Shown: in pieces, positions 1 to 9,556 of the stretch
Numbering within the stretch: position 1 is the stretch's first letter
Layout of the letters: the number at the start of each line of letters is the position of its first letter
Origin: a virus
Lineage: Duplodnaviria > Heunggongvirae > Uroviricota > Caudoviricetes
Strand: one strand, 5' to 3'
Virus record (IMG/VR): IMGVR_UViG_3300032280_000361
DNA: 64,000 nucleotides
The notes under the pieces: model-generated
What the model saw: the letters and a program-made list of their open reading frames with translations, nothing else
Told to the model about the DNA's origin: nothing
Database searches by the model: none
Program-made: the position numbers and the translations under genes

Positions 1-60
1 TCCTCCGTCTCTAAAGTGAAATACATTTTACTTTTAGGAGTTTTTGGTTTTCTCGGCATC

Positions 61-309
61 TTATTCTATAATGTTTTTAAATTCTTCTATCTCATTTTTA
101 ATATCATCAAATGTAACACCAACTTCATCATCTTTTTCAAAGATTTCTTTGTAATCTATATCTCTGATTCTTTGTAAAAGAGATTCGTATGCCGCCTGTC
201 TATCTAATATAAAATTTTCATATGCATCAACTTTGTTTAATAGATTTAAAATACCTATCACACTTGCGATTGTTGTTAATATGAAAAATATCATTATTAT
301 TGTTATCAT
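61..309 (-). CDS. small membrane protein, hypothetical
   Basis: 82-aa ORF with hydrophobic N-terminal helix (IIMIFFILTTIASVIGILNLL) and acidic tail; co-directional with tightly spaced neighbours. Confidence 0.4.
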   Translation of the reverse strand: MITIIMIFFILTTIASVIGILNLLNKVDAYENFILDRQAAYESLLQRIRDIDYKEIFEKDDEVGVTFDDIKNEIEEFKNIIE

Positions 310-319
310 AAATTTTATT

Positions 320-583
320 TTAAGCTTCTCCTGGTTTACCGAAATGCATCATATATGAAGAATCATCTTTAGTATGAGTTTTTAACTCCGATGATATCCA
401 TTGTTCAACGATAGTTTTTTTACTTTCTATCATTTCCTCTAAATCTTCTTTTGAAACCAATTCTTTTTCTATAACTAAATCTACTAATGAATATAATAAG
501 ATTTGTATTGATATCAGCTGATTACTTTGTTCTACTATTTTATTAGTTAGAACATCGTTTAATTCTTTTTGATTCATTTTCAT
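320..583 (-). CDS. hypothetical protein
   Basis: 87-aa ORF, stop 1 nt before start of downstream ORF at 585-1136. Confidence 0.4.
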   Translation of the reverse strand: MKMNQKELNDVLTNKIVEQSNQLISIQILLYSLVDLVIEKELVSKEDLEEMIESKKTIVEQWISSELKTHTKDDSSYMMHFGKPGEA

Positions 584-584
584 A

Positions 585-1136
585 TTACATTAAAACGTAA
601 CCCTTTTCCATATACTTTGATATATGTTTATATTTTATTTGTTCAATATTACCATTAGGGTCTTTAGCCATAACTATTTGGTTTCTTTCATATTGAACGG
701 GTGCTTTAATAGGTTGATTTATATTTTTATCAGCAACAGTAATACCATCTAAAAGGTCAATCATTTGTTGAGCAAAAATACATTCATTCAATTCCTCTCT
801 TTCATTTTCCATATCACCTTTGAATACTACCAACCCTAAATTATCGGTCTGGACTTCAATTGAATATGCTCTAATTACAATTCTAAATTTACCATTAGTA
901 TCAAATTCAGAAGTTTCAGTAGATTGAAATGCTTCATTTGAGTATTTTGTAATAATTGGATTGATTAGGAGAAGTGGAGTTTCAGTATTAAGATAAAATG
1001 CTCTGAATGGTAAGTTTACACTTCTTGTACAAACTGCTGATAAATTATTTTGTTTAGCAAATCTCTTTAGTGTTTTTTCAATTAGTTCTTCATCTGATTT
1101 AGTGAATGGAACTGCTTCAATCTTAGTTAATTTCAT
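585..1136 (-). CDS. peptide deformylase-fold protein with degenerate (metal-ligand-less) motifs
   Basis: LLLINPIITKYSNE matches PDF LVLINPELLEKSGE; motif II EGC replaced by ETS; motif III QHEIDHLxG replaced by QQMIDLLDG (both His and the Glu lost). Confidence 0.5.
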   Translation of the reverse strand: MKLTKIEAVPFTKSDEELIEKTLKRFAKQNNLSAVCTRSVNLPFRAFYLNTETPLLLINPIITKYSNEAFQSTETSEFDTNGKFRIVIRAYSIEVQTDNLGLVVFKGDMENEREELNECIFAQQMIDLLDGITVADKNINQPIKAPVQYERNQIVMAKDPNGNIEQIKYKHISKYMEKGYVLM

Positions 1137-1457
1137 ATTTTTTATTTAATATTATACAAATATAATACAATTTTTTCAAATTTACAAATATTTCGTATAA
1201 AATTTAAATTTTTCTATGAGCAATCCAATAATTAACTGCATTTTGGTCATTAATCCATTTAGATTTATCATTCCAATCAAAATCTGGTTGTGCGTAGTAG
1301 GGAAGCCTACCTTCTTTTTGCAGTATAACACCCGAATAATTCCATCTATCAATTAATCCATCACCATCTAAATCATATCCATCTATCGAACCATCTCCAT
1401 CTAAATCAATACCCCTTTTGGATAAATCTCTAGTTAATAAGTTAAGTTCTTCATCTT

Positions 1458-2426
1458 CTACGACTTTTTTTTTAAATCTTCATCGGTTAGGATTGCCCCA
1501 TCTTCTTCCACATTTGTTGTAGTGGAATTAATTTCGTTTTTTTTTATATCCTCATTATATTGAGTAGCCGCATTAACTAATTGTTCGTTTGGTTCTGATG
1601 GATTCTCTATTTCGTTAAAAAATATTTCAGCATCTTTCTCTGATTTCAGTATTGGAGTTTCTCCGTAAACTTCATACATAGAAGGTACTTTTTCTTCCTC
1701 TCTTTTCATTACTAACCCGTTAAATGCGATAATAAGAGCAATTGCGAGTGGGTCAAAAACTATTACAATCAAAAATATGAAGAATTTTACTACATTTTTC
1801 AATTCTATACCAAATGCTTCAGCCACAAACCGAAATCCACCTATTTCTTTTTCTAAATCGATGTTAGCAATCTTAATTTTGTTGATTTCTTCAGTATTTT
1901 TAGCATTATCTTCCTGTAATTTACTGATTTTATCGTTTAATTTACCGATTTCTCTATCTCTGTTATCGACAGAACGAAGTAATCTACTATTTACCTTACC
2001 ACCATTCAAAATTTTACCTTGATTGGTGTTAGATTCAGTAATTTGAGTGGATAATTGGGTGATTTGAGTGGTATTTTGGTCTATTTTCGTTTGCCACACT
2101 GCAACTTCCCTATCCACTTGTTGTAATTGTAAGGATTGCTGTTGAAATGCATTAGAAAGGTAACCAAATATACCGGCAGAGGTTATTATCATCAGGATAC
2201 CCACCGAAAAGGTTAAATACCACTTATTAAACCCCTTAATCTCACCCCAACTCTGTTTAAGGTAGGTAGCAGCAACCAATTTAGCGAATTCCAAAGAACC
2301 CGCCATCACCATAACAGAAACGGATGCACCCGCAAAGAGTACACCTAATCCCGTTACAGAGAAATAAGCAGCACATCCGGCTATAATAACAGCGGATAAT
2401 CCAACTAATACCTTTAACCAATTCAT
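1458..2426 (-). CDS. membrane-anchored coiled-coil protein (possible frameshifted longer gene extending to 1205)
   Basis: N-terminal TM helix, Q/N-rich coiled-coil middle; ORF ends right after an A9 run (1467-1475); -1 frame continues 86 codons. Confidence 0.5.
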   Translation of the reverse strand: MNWLKVLVGLSAVIIAGCAAYFSVTGLGVLFAGASVSVMVMAGSLEFAKLVAATYLKQSWGEIKGFNKWYLTFSVGILMIITSAGIFGYLSNAFQQQSLQLQQVDREVAVWQTKIDQNTTQITQLSTQITESNTNQGKILNGGKVNSRLLRSVDNRDREIGKLNDKISKLQEDNAKNTEEINKIKIANIDLEKEIGGFRFVAEAFGIELKNVVKFFIFLIVIVFDPLAIALIIAFNGLVMKREEEKVPSMYEVYGETPILKSEKDAEIFFNEIENPSEPNEQLVNAATQYNEDIKKNEINSTTTNVEEDGAILTDEDLKKKS

Positions 2427-2642
2427 TTTATCCTAATGTAATTAAGTCGTTGTTTGTATCAATCATAAACTTAATTTCTTCTAATAATCTAATTGCCTCT
2501 ACATTATCAGCGGGTCTAGCCCCTTTCATCATATCTAATACAATACGAAGTCTTTGTTTAACTGCTTCGTTGTTATCTGTAATTCTTTGTTCAAATTTTG
2601 CCATAAAAGTTTTGTTTGTTATATTATAAATATATATTAAAT

Positions 2643-2675
2643 AAAAAAAGGAAGACTAGTATTTTAGTCTTCCTT
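2643..2675 (-). terminator. rho-independent terminator after Hsp20 gene
   Basis: minus-strand AGGAAGACTA-loop-TAGTCTTCCT hairpin followed by TTTTTTTAT. Confidence 0.6.
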
Positions 2676-2699
2676 ACAAAGATAAGTATAATTTTTCAA

Positions 2700-3107
2700 T
2701 TAACCAACTTTAATCGTAACCTTTTTTGGTTTTGCTTCTTCCTTCTTAGGAATCGTTAAATAAAGAATACCATTGGTGATTTTAGCTGAAGTTTTTTCTC
2801 CATCAAATTTATCTCCTACGGCAATTCTATCATTAATAGTATGAACTAATTCTTTTTCAACTTTCAACAATTCTCTTTCTACTGATTTTACAAATATCGC
2901 ATCCTCTTCTAATTCGATAGTAATATCATCCTTACTATGACCCAAAACTGATAAAGCAATAACTGCTTCCTCCTCTGTTACATCAATAGATAATCTTGAG
3001 TTTTGATATTTTACAGCTGGTGCAGGTGTAGGGAAAATTGCATCGTTGAAAAATGATTGAAACACTTCATCAAGTGTTGTGTAATTTTTTTTACTTGTGT
3101 TGTACAT
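2700..3107 (-). CDS. small heat shock protein (Hsp20/alpha-crystallin family)
   Basis: alpha-crystallin-like core (DVTEEEAVIALSVLG..DITIELEEDAIFV) and typical C-terminus ITNGILYLTIPKKEEAKPKKVTIKV. Confidence 0.75.
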   Translation of the reverse strand: MYNTSKKNYTTLDEVFQSFFNDAIFPTPAPAVKYQNSRLSIDVTEEEAVIALSVLGHSKDDITIELEEDAIFVKSVERELLKVEKELVHTINDRIAVGDKFDGEKTSAKITNGILYLTIPKKEEAKPKKVTIKVG

Positions 3108-3203
3108 AATTTTTTTTGTTTAGTTTATTATATAAAAACAATTTCCGTACCATTGATATAATACGGAAATTCTGTCAGTATAAAATGAATAATTGTCAGT
3201 TAA

Positions 3204-3863
3204 TTAAAACATATCTGAACCCAATGCTTCTTGTCTTTCAATAAATGAACTCATAGAATCTGCGAAATGTAGAATATGATACATAGGAGTCTTAATAGAA
3301 GCGCCAGATACATAAGTCTTTAAATACTTTTGATTATCTTCATCATACATACCATCTGTAAGTTTAATACCAAAGTATTCTTTTTCATTATACTGAATAC
3401 CATAAAGATTTAATAAAAAGAAAGTTCTATCAGTCAAAGTCATATAAGTATTTTCTTCATTTCTCTTAAAATACTCACCTCTGTTCTTAATGTGCCAATC
3501 TGAATCATTAGGAACGTAATGCATTATACCTTTCGTACCTAACTTACCTAAATCATGATGCAATGCTGCAAATAATAATTCATCATCTGTAAAATCTAGT
3601 TTAGTACCAGCTTCAACAAAAAGATTTTTCATCTTTAATGCATTTTTACACACATTAAAAATATGGTCAATGTAACCTCCCTCATAAGCATTGTGAAAGT
3701 TCTTATTACCACTTGCAGGTGATAACATAAGGTTAGGACCTAATTCATCCATAGAATACATTTTCAGCAACTTCTCTTGCCTTTCACCTGAGGTGTACTT
3801 TTGAATTACTGATAGAAACCTTTGGTAATTTTTTTCTAGTTCTTCGTTAGTGTAACTTTTCAT
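3204..3863 (-). CDS. HD-domain phosphohydrolase
   Basis: FAALHHDLGKLG HD motif plus upstream His (HIFNVCKNA). Confidence 0.65.
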   Translation of the reverse strand: MKSYTNEELEKNYQRFLSVIQKYTSGERQEKLLKMYSMDELGPNLMLSPASGNKNFHNAYEGGYIDHIFNVCKNALKMKNLFVEAGTKLDFTDDELLFAALHHDLGKLGTKGIMHYVPNDSDWHIKNRGEYFKRNEENTYMTLTDRTFFLLNLYGIQYNEKEYFGIKLTDGMYDEDNQKYLKTYVSGASIKTPMYHILHFADSMSSFIERQEALGSDMF

Positions 3864-4002
3864 TTCTTTTTTTTTCTTTGTTTTAAGTTTTATTTTTTTA
3901 AGCTTTCTTTTATTTGTCTATTCTAGTGATACTATAAAAAGATACCACAAATATACAAAAAATTTTCCAATTTTACAACATTTACCCAATTTATTTTTAA
4001 AA

Positions 4003-5217
4003 TTATTTTTCCCATATCCAAATTGGTTCTCCAAATGCTTGATTTTTAGCCTCTTCTACCTTATCCCTTAGTTCCTCTGAGAAATAATCCGATATGGCCC
4101 TCCCAGCTCCTCCGCTGTTGTGTCTTTTTGTCATTTCCATACCAATACACCCTTTATAAATTAACCCCTTAGAATGGAGGAAATCGTTCATAGAATTGGT
4201 TATATCTACATACCCCTTATCGGGAGCCGAAAATACATCCGCTATATTGATTGCCAGTATTCCACCCTTTTTAAGAGTAGGTATTACCTTTTCTAGGGTA
4301 TTTTGGAGAAATCCTTTGTTCCAATCATCAAACTTCTTATAACGTATCCAACTTTGGGTTTCATCGAAGCTATACCTCTCTGTGTTGAAATATGGAGGAG
4401 AAGTAAAGATAGTATCAAAGAAGTTTTCGTATTTGGAGTAATCTACATCTTCGGCTGCCATATCTAACATCTCAACTTCCTTATCACTCTCAAAGAAAGT
4501 CTTATGTTTGTTATAGAATTCAATCTGTTTTTGGTAGTTAAGATGGTTATTACTATTTGGGTCAATACCTAAATAAAATTTAGTAGTTTCACCCGCAAAG
4601 AATCCACACATCCTATCACCCCAACCTGCCGAAAAATCTAATACGTTTTCACTTTTAAACTTATCGTAAAATGCCTTTGCAATGACGGGTTTAAATTGAG
4701 ATGCTACATACTTTCGTAACGTAGTGGCAGTTCTAAGGGTTTCTTCTGTTACATCTAATAACATTTTATCCAAAGTAAAATATGCTCTTACAATCGTTTT
4801 AATACCATCTACCGTTTGCCATGTTTTCCAACCCGAAGGAGTTCGAACCCAATCCACCTTCCAACGATTTTCAATATGGAAAGGATTGGAGGCATTGTTA
4901 CCTACATTAGTACGTTTAAAATAGTAGTTACTACCATCATAAGTTAATGGGTAGGTAGATTGCCTTTCGTTACGAGGAAACCATTTACCCTCAACTAAGA
5001 TATCAGGCCACCAGGTACCTTTTAATTTCTTATAAGCATCAATTGTATCCTCTTCTGTAATTCTAGGTATCGGTGGTGGATACGAATGTAACACTTCGGA
5101 GAGTTCATCTACAATCTCTTCTTTTGTATATGTGTTTATGATATGTTTCCATTCATCTTTCTCTATTCGAAGATAGGGAGTCATTCCATAAAACTTTTTA
5201 AAATATTCTTTTATCAT
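4003..5217 (-). CDS. SAM-dependent methyltransferase, (S)PPY amino-MTase family (paralog of 12287-13867)
   Basis: motif I DFSAGWGDR ~75 aa before motif IV FTSPPYF; shared ERYSFDETQSW block with the 12287-13867 ORF. Confidence 0.55.
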   Translation of the reverse strand: MIKEYFKKFYGMTPYLRIEKDEWKHIINTYTKEEIVDELSEVLHSYPPPIPRITEEDTIDAYKKLKGTWWPDILVEGKWFPRNERQSTYPLTYDGSNYYFKRTNVGNNASNPFHIENRWKVDWVRTPSGWKTWQTVDGIKTIVRAYFTLDKMLLDVTEETLRTATTLRKYVASQFKPVIAKAFYDKFKSENVLDFSAGWGDRMCGFFAGETTKFYLGIDPNSNNHLNYQKQIEFYNKHKTFFESDKEVEMLDMAAEDVDYSKYENFFDTIFTSPPYFNTERYSFDETQSWIRYKKFDDWNKGFLQNTLEKVIPTLKKGGILAINIADVFSAPDKGYVDITNSMNDFLHSKGLIYKGCIGMEMTKRHNSGGAGRAISDYFSEELRDKVEEAKNQAFGEPIWIWEK

Positions 5218-5255
5218 AACAATAATAAAGGGAGGATTTCTCCTCCCTATTTAGT

Positions 5256-6944
5256 TTAAGCAATTGCCTCAGCATATTCTTCAACTTTAGATTTTCTAAT
5301 GTTGATACGTTCAATATCATCATCTGATAAACCTCTAATTTTCAATACAGCTAAAAACTCATCATGCGAAAAAGATGATTTCTCTCCATTACATTTCGTA
5401 CAGCATGCTGCTCCATTATGAATTGTAGTTTGACCTCCTTTTGAATGAGATACCGAACTATGGTCTCCCGCGATAGTATCATTGATACCATCAATATGAT
5501 TACCACAATATTCAAAGTACATACATTCAAAATCCTGAACTGATGCCATTATATCTTTTTCACTAAGATTGTAAACTCTTTTATCATCCTTCTTTTCTGA
5601 AAGAGTAAATCCAACTTCATTACCTTTTTCGGTAAATTGATTTATAAACTCTTCTGCAACCATTCCTCTCCATTCTCTAAATTCAGAAGGTTGGCCAGTT
5701 GCAATAGAAGAAACAGATTTTGCGAATGAAGTTGGATGACCGGATGAGTTTTTCCACATCCATTTTTTAATTGTAGGAGATTTTTTATCATCGCTTTTAA
5801 ATGCCTTAGCCATTTTTCTATATGTATCCAAAAATTGTTTGGAATTTGTAACTTTAAATTCATACGTTTGTTCTAATTCAAATTTAGTATGAAGTAACAT
5901 AAATAATTCATTAGGAGTTAAAGAACCCTTAACGGATGAATCTCCCATTAATAAATCATCTATCCATTTTAAAATAGGTAACACCTTTGATTTATAAGTT
6001 TCTAATTGTGTTTTTTGTCTCTTTACAACTCCCTTAGCATTATCAATTTCAATATCTCTTTCCATTTCATACATCTTAAGAAGAGCCTTATCGGATAGAG
6101 CTTCGGAATAATTTGATTTAATTAAGTAAAAAACTTTAGCCACAAACGCATCGAAACCTCTGTATATATAAGGTATTTTGTGATGTTTGGAATACCAATA
6201 TTTTTTTGTATCGGTATGTAAGTTTTTAATTTGAAAAACTTTAAGAGAATCTTTTGATTCGGTATTCGATTTTTCTCTGATAAACGCATTTAACATAGAA
6301 ATAATAGATGTTCTAAATTCCTGCGGATACATCTTATTACCATCATTCAATTTTTTAAATTGTCCCGCACATACTTCATCTTCTAAATTATCACCTTCCA
6401 TAAAGAATAATTTGTAATTAGTCTTCCAATATTCTGCGTAGTCTGGATAAGTATCTTGCAAAGATTTCCAATTGTGATTACTCAAATCTAATAATCTACC
6501 ATTAAAATTAAAATATGTATTTTTTGGTAAACGAATACAATTAGTAAACCATGCATTAATTGTTCTAGTTCGTTGTCCACCATCAATGATAGCACGCATA
6601 AGGGATGTTATATTTACCCAAATAAAAGGAAGTGCTTCAAATTTAATAATAGTTGCCATTAAATTTCTCTGCCATTTATCACCATTACCATCCTTCTCAT
6701 CGAAGAATCTATAAAGGCGTTGATACCAAACTTCTGCAGAGTAAATACCTAATGCATAATCAGTCCAATACTTAAAAATTGAAACTTGATTAGGTATCCA
6801 ATTGATAGAAACAATTTTTGAATCTTTTGGTGACGAGAGTGATTCAATGATTTCTCCCGTTTGCAAGTTCTTCATATCAGAACTCTGCAAAACTTTATTT
6901 GTTTTCATTAATTCAAATATACAACATATTTTCGGAACGACCAA
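5256..6944 (-). CDS. GmrSD-like DUF262 (ParB/NTP-pyrophosphatase-like) + C-terminal HNH nuclease protein
   Basis: DUF262 signature IIDGGQRTRTI near N-terminus; C-terminal HNH-type GDHSSVSHSKGG..HNGAACCTKCN. Confidence 0.6.
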   Translation of the reverse strand: MVVPKICCIFELMKTNKVLQSSDMKNLQTGEIIESLSSPKDSKIVSINWIPNQVSIFKYWTDYALGIYSAEVWYQRLYRFFDEKDGNGDKWQRNLMATIIKFEALPFIWVNITSLMRAIIDGGQRTRTINAWFTNCIRLPKNTYFNFNGRLLDLSNHNWKSLQDTYPDYAEYWKTNYKLFFMEGDNLEDEVCAGQFKKLNDGNKMYPQEFRTSIISMLNAFIREKSNTESKDSLKVFQIKNLHTDTKKYWYSKHHKIPYIYRGFDAFVAKVFYLIKSNYSEALSDKALLKMYEMERDIEIDNAKGVVKRQKTQLETYKSKVLPILKWIDDLLMGDSSVKGSLTPNELFMLLHTKFELEQTYEFKVTNSKQFLDTYRKMAKAFKSDDKKSPTIKKWMWKNSSGHPTSFAKSVSSIATGQPSEFREWRGMVAEEFINQFTEKGNEVGFTLSEKKDDKRVYNLSEKDIMASVQDFECMYFEYCGNHIDGINDTIAGDHSSVSHSKGGQTTIHNGAACCTKCNGEKSSFSHDEFLAVLKIRGLSDDDIERINIRKSKVEEYAEAIA

Positions 6945-6956
6945 AAAAATGTTTAA

Positions 6957-7280
6957 TTATTTTTCAGCGGGATATATAGTGAGTTTTGTAAGTACATAAT
7001 ACAACATATCTACCTCTTCTACTGATGTACAAAACCCTAGCCCACCACTATCGAATAATTCTACTATATATTCTCCCTCATCTAACCCAATCTCTTTCCA
7101 TTCATTATTATATGAAGAAATTAAGCACATACAATTTGGGTCTATCGAATTCTTTGGTAATCTAAGTAAATAATTGTAGAATCCACTACCATCATCTTCT
7201 AATACTTTTTCAAATCCTAATTCTTCTAATTTTGCCTCCGTAATAGGAGTTAAGTCTAATTCTATTTTAGATTGTTTCAT
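6957..7280 (-). CDS. hypothetical protein
   Basis: 107-aa ORF, 1-nt gap to downstream gene. Confidence 0.4.
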   Translation of the reverse strand: MKQSKIELDLTPITEAKLEELGFEKVLEDDGSGFYNYLLRLPKNSIDPNCMCLISSYNNEWKEIGLDEGEYIVELFDSGGLGFCTSVEEVDMLYYVLTKLTIYPAEK

Positions 7281-7823
7281 TTATTCTAATACAATTTTCT
7301 TTAATATAAATAACTTAGAGTTATAATTACTAGCTTTGATAATCATAGTATCTCCTTTCATATTATAAATAGGTGCAATCATAGTGTTTATCTCTCCATT
7401 AGTTCCACTATAAGAGGACGAATTTATTGTTGGTACTAATTCATCTTTGGAGGCAATTAAAGCCGGCAATCGAACGATTTGGTACTGACCTGTGAAGTAA
7501 TTGATATAACTCTTTGTGATTGTAGCAATGGTATCATTTCTTCTTAGTAACCAATATAAATTACTTTCCCATTCTATCTTTTCAGAAGGATAAGGTTCTT
7601 TGCCATTTACCAATATCCTTCCATTTACTCTATGTACGGTTTGGTTTTTAGTTCTATCTAACTTAAGATGATAATAACCATTGACATCTTTAGGAAGTGA
7701 ACCTATCCCATTTTGATTTACTACACCATTTATTTCCAACGTATATGTTTTCGTTGGTATAGGCATATCTATATCCTTTGTACATCCGAATAAAAATAAT
7801 ATCGGTATTAACTTTTTTATCAT
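7281..7823 (-). CDS. putative lipoprotein
   Basis: N-terminal signal peptide with lipobox (LFLFGC). Confidence 0.5.
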   Translation of the reverse strand: MIKKLIPILFLFGCTKDIDMPIPTKTYTLEINGVVNQNGIGSLPKDVNGYYHLKLDRTKNQTVHRVNGRILVNGKEPYPSEKIEWESNLYWLLRRNDTIATITKSYINYFTGQYQIVRLPALIASKDELVPTINSSSYSGTNGEINTMIAPIYNMKGDTMIIKASNYNSKLFILKKIVLE

Positions 7824-8203
7824 AAACCAACTTTAGCGAATCTTTCTGAACTAAACCCCTCATCTCTTTTAACATCAACTGCCAATGCTCTCGGTACTTC
7901 CGGAGTTCTTTTGGAGTTATTGTTGATTAAGATTCTCTCATCTCTTCCGATTCCCATTACCAACTGATGATAAAGAATACCCGCAGTTAACATTTGTTGT
8001 TTAGTAACCTCTCTCAACTCTTCTGGTCTCGCAGTAGTTAAAACAATGTAGTGTCCGGCGTTCATCCATTCGGTCATCTTCTCTTTAACACCCGGTAGAA
8101 CATTTACTACGTTGGGGTTTAAATCATCAAAGTTTATTTGTTCAATTAGTGTACCATCGATATCACTAAAAATTGTTTTAAATCCTTTTTCTCTTACACT
8201 CAT
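7820..8203 (-). CDS. HAD-superfamily phosphatase-like protein
   Basis: HAD motif I FSDIDGTL, motif II VLTTARPE. Confidence 0.5.
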   Translation of the reverse strand: MSVREKGFKTIFSDIDGTLIEQINFDDLNPNVVNVLPGVKEKMTEWMNAGHYIVLTTARPEELREVTKQQMLTAGILYHQLVMGIGRDERILINNNSKRTPEVPRALAVDVKRDEGFSSERFAKVGL

Positions 8204-8232
8204 CTTATCTTTGTTTATTTTATTATCTTATT

Positions 8233-8580
8233 TTATAAATATTGAGGTCCATATGCACTATAACGAGCAGTTCCATCCATAATGTTTCCCCTCGCATGCT
8301 TTGCTGGTGATTTCCAACTCGCTGGTTTTAACAAATCACCTTTCTTAATCGGTGCTCCTTTTAAATCACCATCAACTCTACTGATAAATCCCCAACACGA
8401 AGTTCCATCCCATAAACGAATGAACTTATTACCAATTTCAACAGTCAAATCGGTTTTACCCCACATATGACTCATATCTTTGTAACGTTCTTTACGAAGT
8501 TCATTTACCTTTGAAATGAAGTTTTTTACTATTGGATTTGTTTCCAAATAATTGATAGCCTTTTCGTTTGTTGTTCTCAT
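8233..8580 (-). CDS. hypothetical protein
   Basis: 115-aa ORF directly downstream of conserved promoter cassette. Confidence 0.4.
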   Translation of the reverse strand: MRTTNEKAINYLETNPIVKNFISKVNELRKERYKDMSHMWGKTDLTVEIGNKFIRLWDGTSCWGFISRVDGDLKGAPIKKGDLLKPASWKSPAKHARGNIMDGTARYSAYGPQYL

Positions 8581-8700
8581 AGTGTGTATCTCTTTAGTAC
8601 ATAGTAAAGGTACTAAATCGATACCATATATCCAAGCATTTAATCAATTATTTTTAGGAAAATTGAAATATTTTTCGTTGATTATCAATGAGTTATGTAA
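8581..8700 (-). promoter_or_regulatory. conserved terminator-operator-promoter cassette (type 1)
   Basis: Shares >100 bp with 35645-35769 and 54430-54560: palindrome TTGATTATCAATGAG, CCAATTATTTTT, ATCCAAGCATTT, GTACATAGTAAAGGTAC, AGAGATACAC just upstream of ATG. Confidence 0.55.
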
Positions 8701-8701
8701 T

Positions 8702-8733
8702 AAAAAACCCCTAATATGTAAAACATTAGAGGT
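8702..8733 (-). terminator. rho-independent terminator after metallophosphoesterase gene
   Basis: minus-strand CCUCUAAUG..CAUAUUAGGGG hairpin + UUUUUUAUU. Confidence 0.55.
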
Positions 8734-8740
8734 CAATTAG

Positions 8741-9520
8741 TTACATAAGGAACTCAATTTCCCTACTTACAAAATCATAGTTGAATTTGATAGGGTCTTG
8801 AATTGCCTCATACCTTAGATTACAGGTACTACCATTAAAGGTATAGATATCACCCCACTCATCTTTATATGGTATAGTTCCCCATCCATATCCTTCGTGA
8901 ATGTGTCCGGAAAAGTGTAAATGAGGTTTAACTTCGTGTAATCTATGATATAAATCAGCACATCCTACATTTTCGTTTGTATTAGATGTTCTATCATTAT
9001 ATCCGTAAATTGGAGAGTGAGTAATTACTATATCGGTATCCAATGGTATTTGATTCCATATTTGAGCCGCATCCCACCCTCTATCTACATTAAATCCCCA
9101 TCCATATCCGAATGTAGGTGAATAGGGTGAACCCCATATATTCAATCCTTCTATCTTAACTGAGGTATTTTCTAAATAGTAAACTCCGTTTGGTAGATTG
9201 TTTAGAGTATCCTCTAACCATTGAGGTTTACCTTCCGAACACGATGTATCATAATCGTTTCTATCCCTACCTTCGAAGTGTGCCAACTTATTCCTCAATA
9301 GTATTTCCCTATCAAATGACATGTCATGATTACCTGCTATGAATATTTTATGTGTATAATCTTGCTTACCAAACCATTTGATGAAATCAATTACCTCATG
9401 CTTCCTACCCAAAGATGTAATATCTCCACTATGAATAAGAATATGCCCACCTGGCAACTTACCATTAAGTTGATTGTGTTTATTATGGGTATCCGATATT
9501 GTAGTAATATTATATTTCAT
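8741..9520 (-). CDS. calcineurin-like metallophosphoesterase
   Basis: ISDTHNKH, HSGDIT, IAGNHDM, ITHSPIYG, FSGHIHEGYG motifs. Confidence 0.75.
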   Translation of the reverse strand: MKYNITTISDTHNKHNQLNGKLPGGHILIHSGDITSLGRKHEVIDFIKWFGKQDYTHKIFIAGNHDMSFDREILLRNKLAHFEGRDRNDYDTSCSEGKPQWLEDTLNNLPNGVYYLENTSVKIEGLNIWGSPYSPTFGYGWGFNVDRGWDAAQIWNQIPLDTDIVITHSPIYGYNDRTSNTNENVGCADLYHRLHEVKPHLHFSGHIHEGYGWGTIPYKDEWGDIYTFNGSTCNLRYEAIQDPIKFNYDFVSREIEFLM

Positions 9521-9556
9521 AACTCAAATATACGAAAAAAAGTTGGAATTACCAAA

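Noticed and set aside
8552-8740. Plus-strand 62-aa ORF covering the conserved intergenic cassette
   Set aside because: It overlaps the repeated terminator/promoter module, whose conservation is at nucleotide level. It is a spurious ORF through regulatory DNA.
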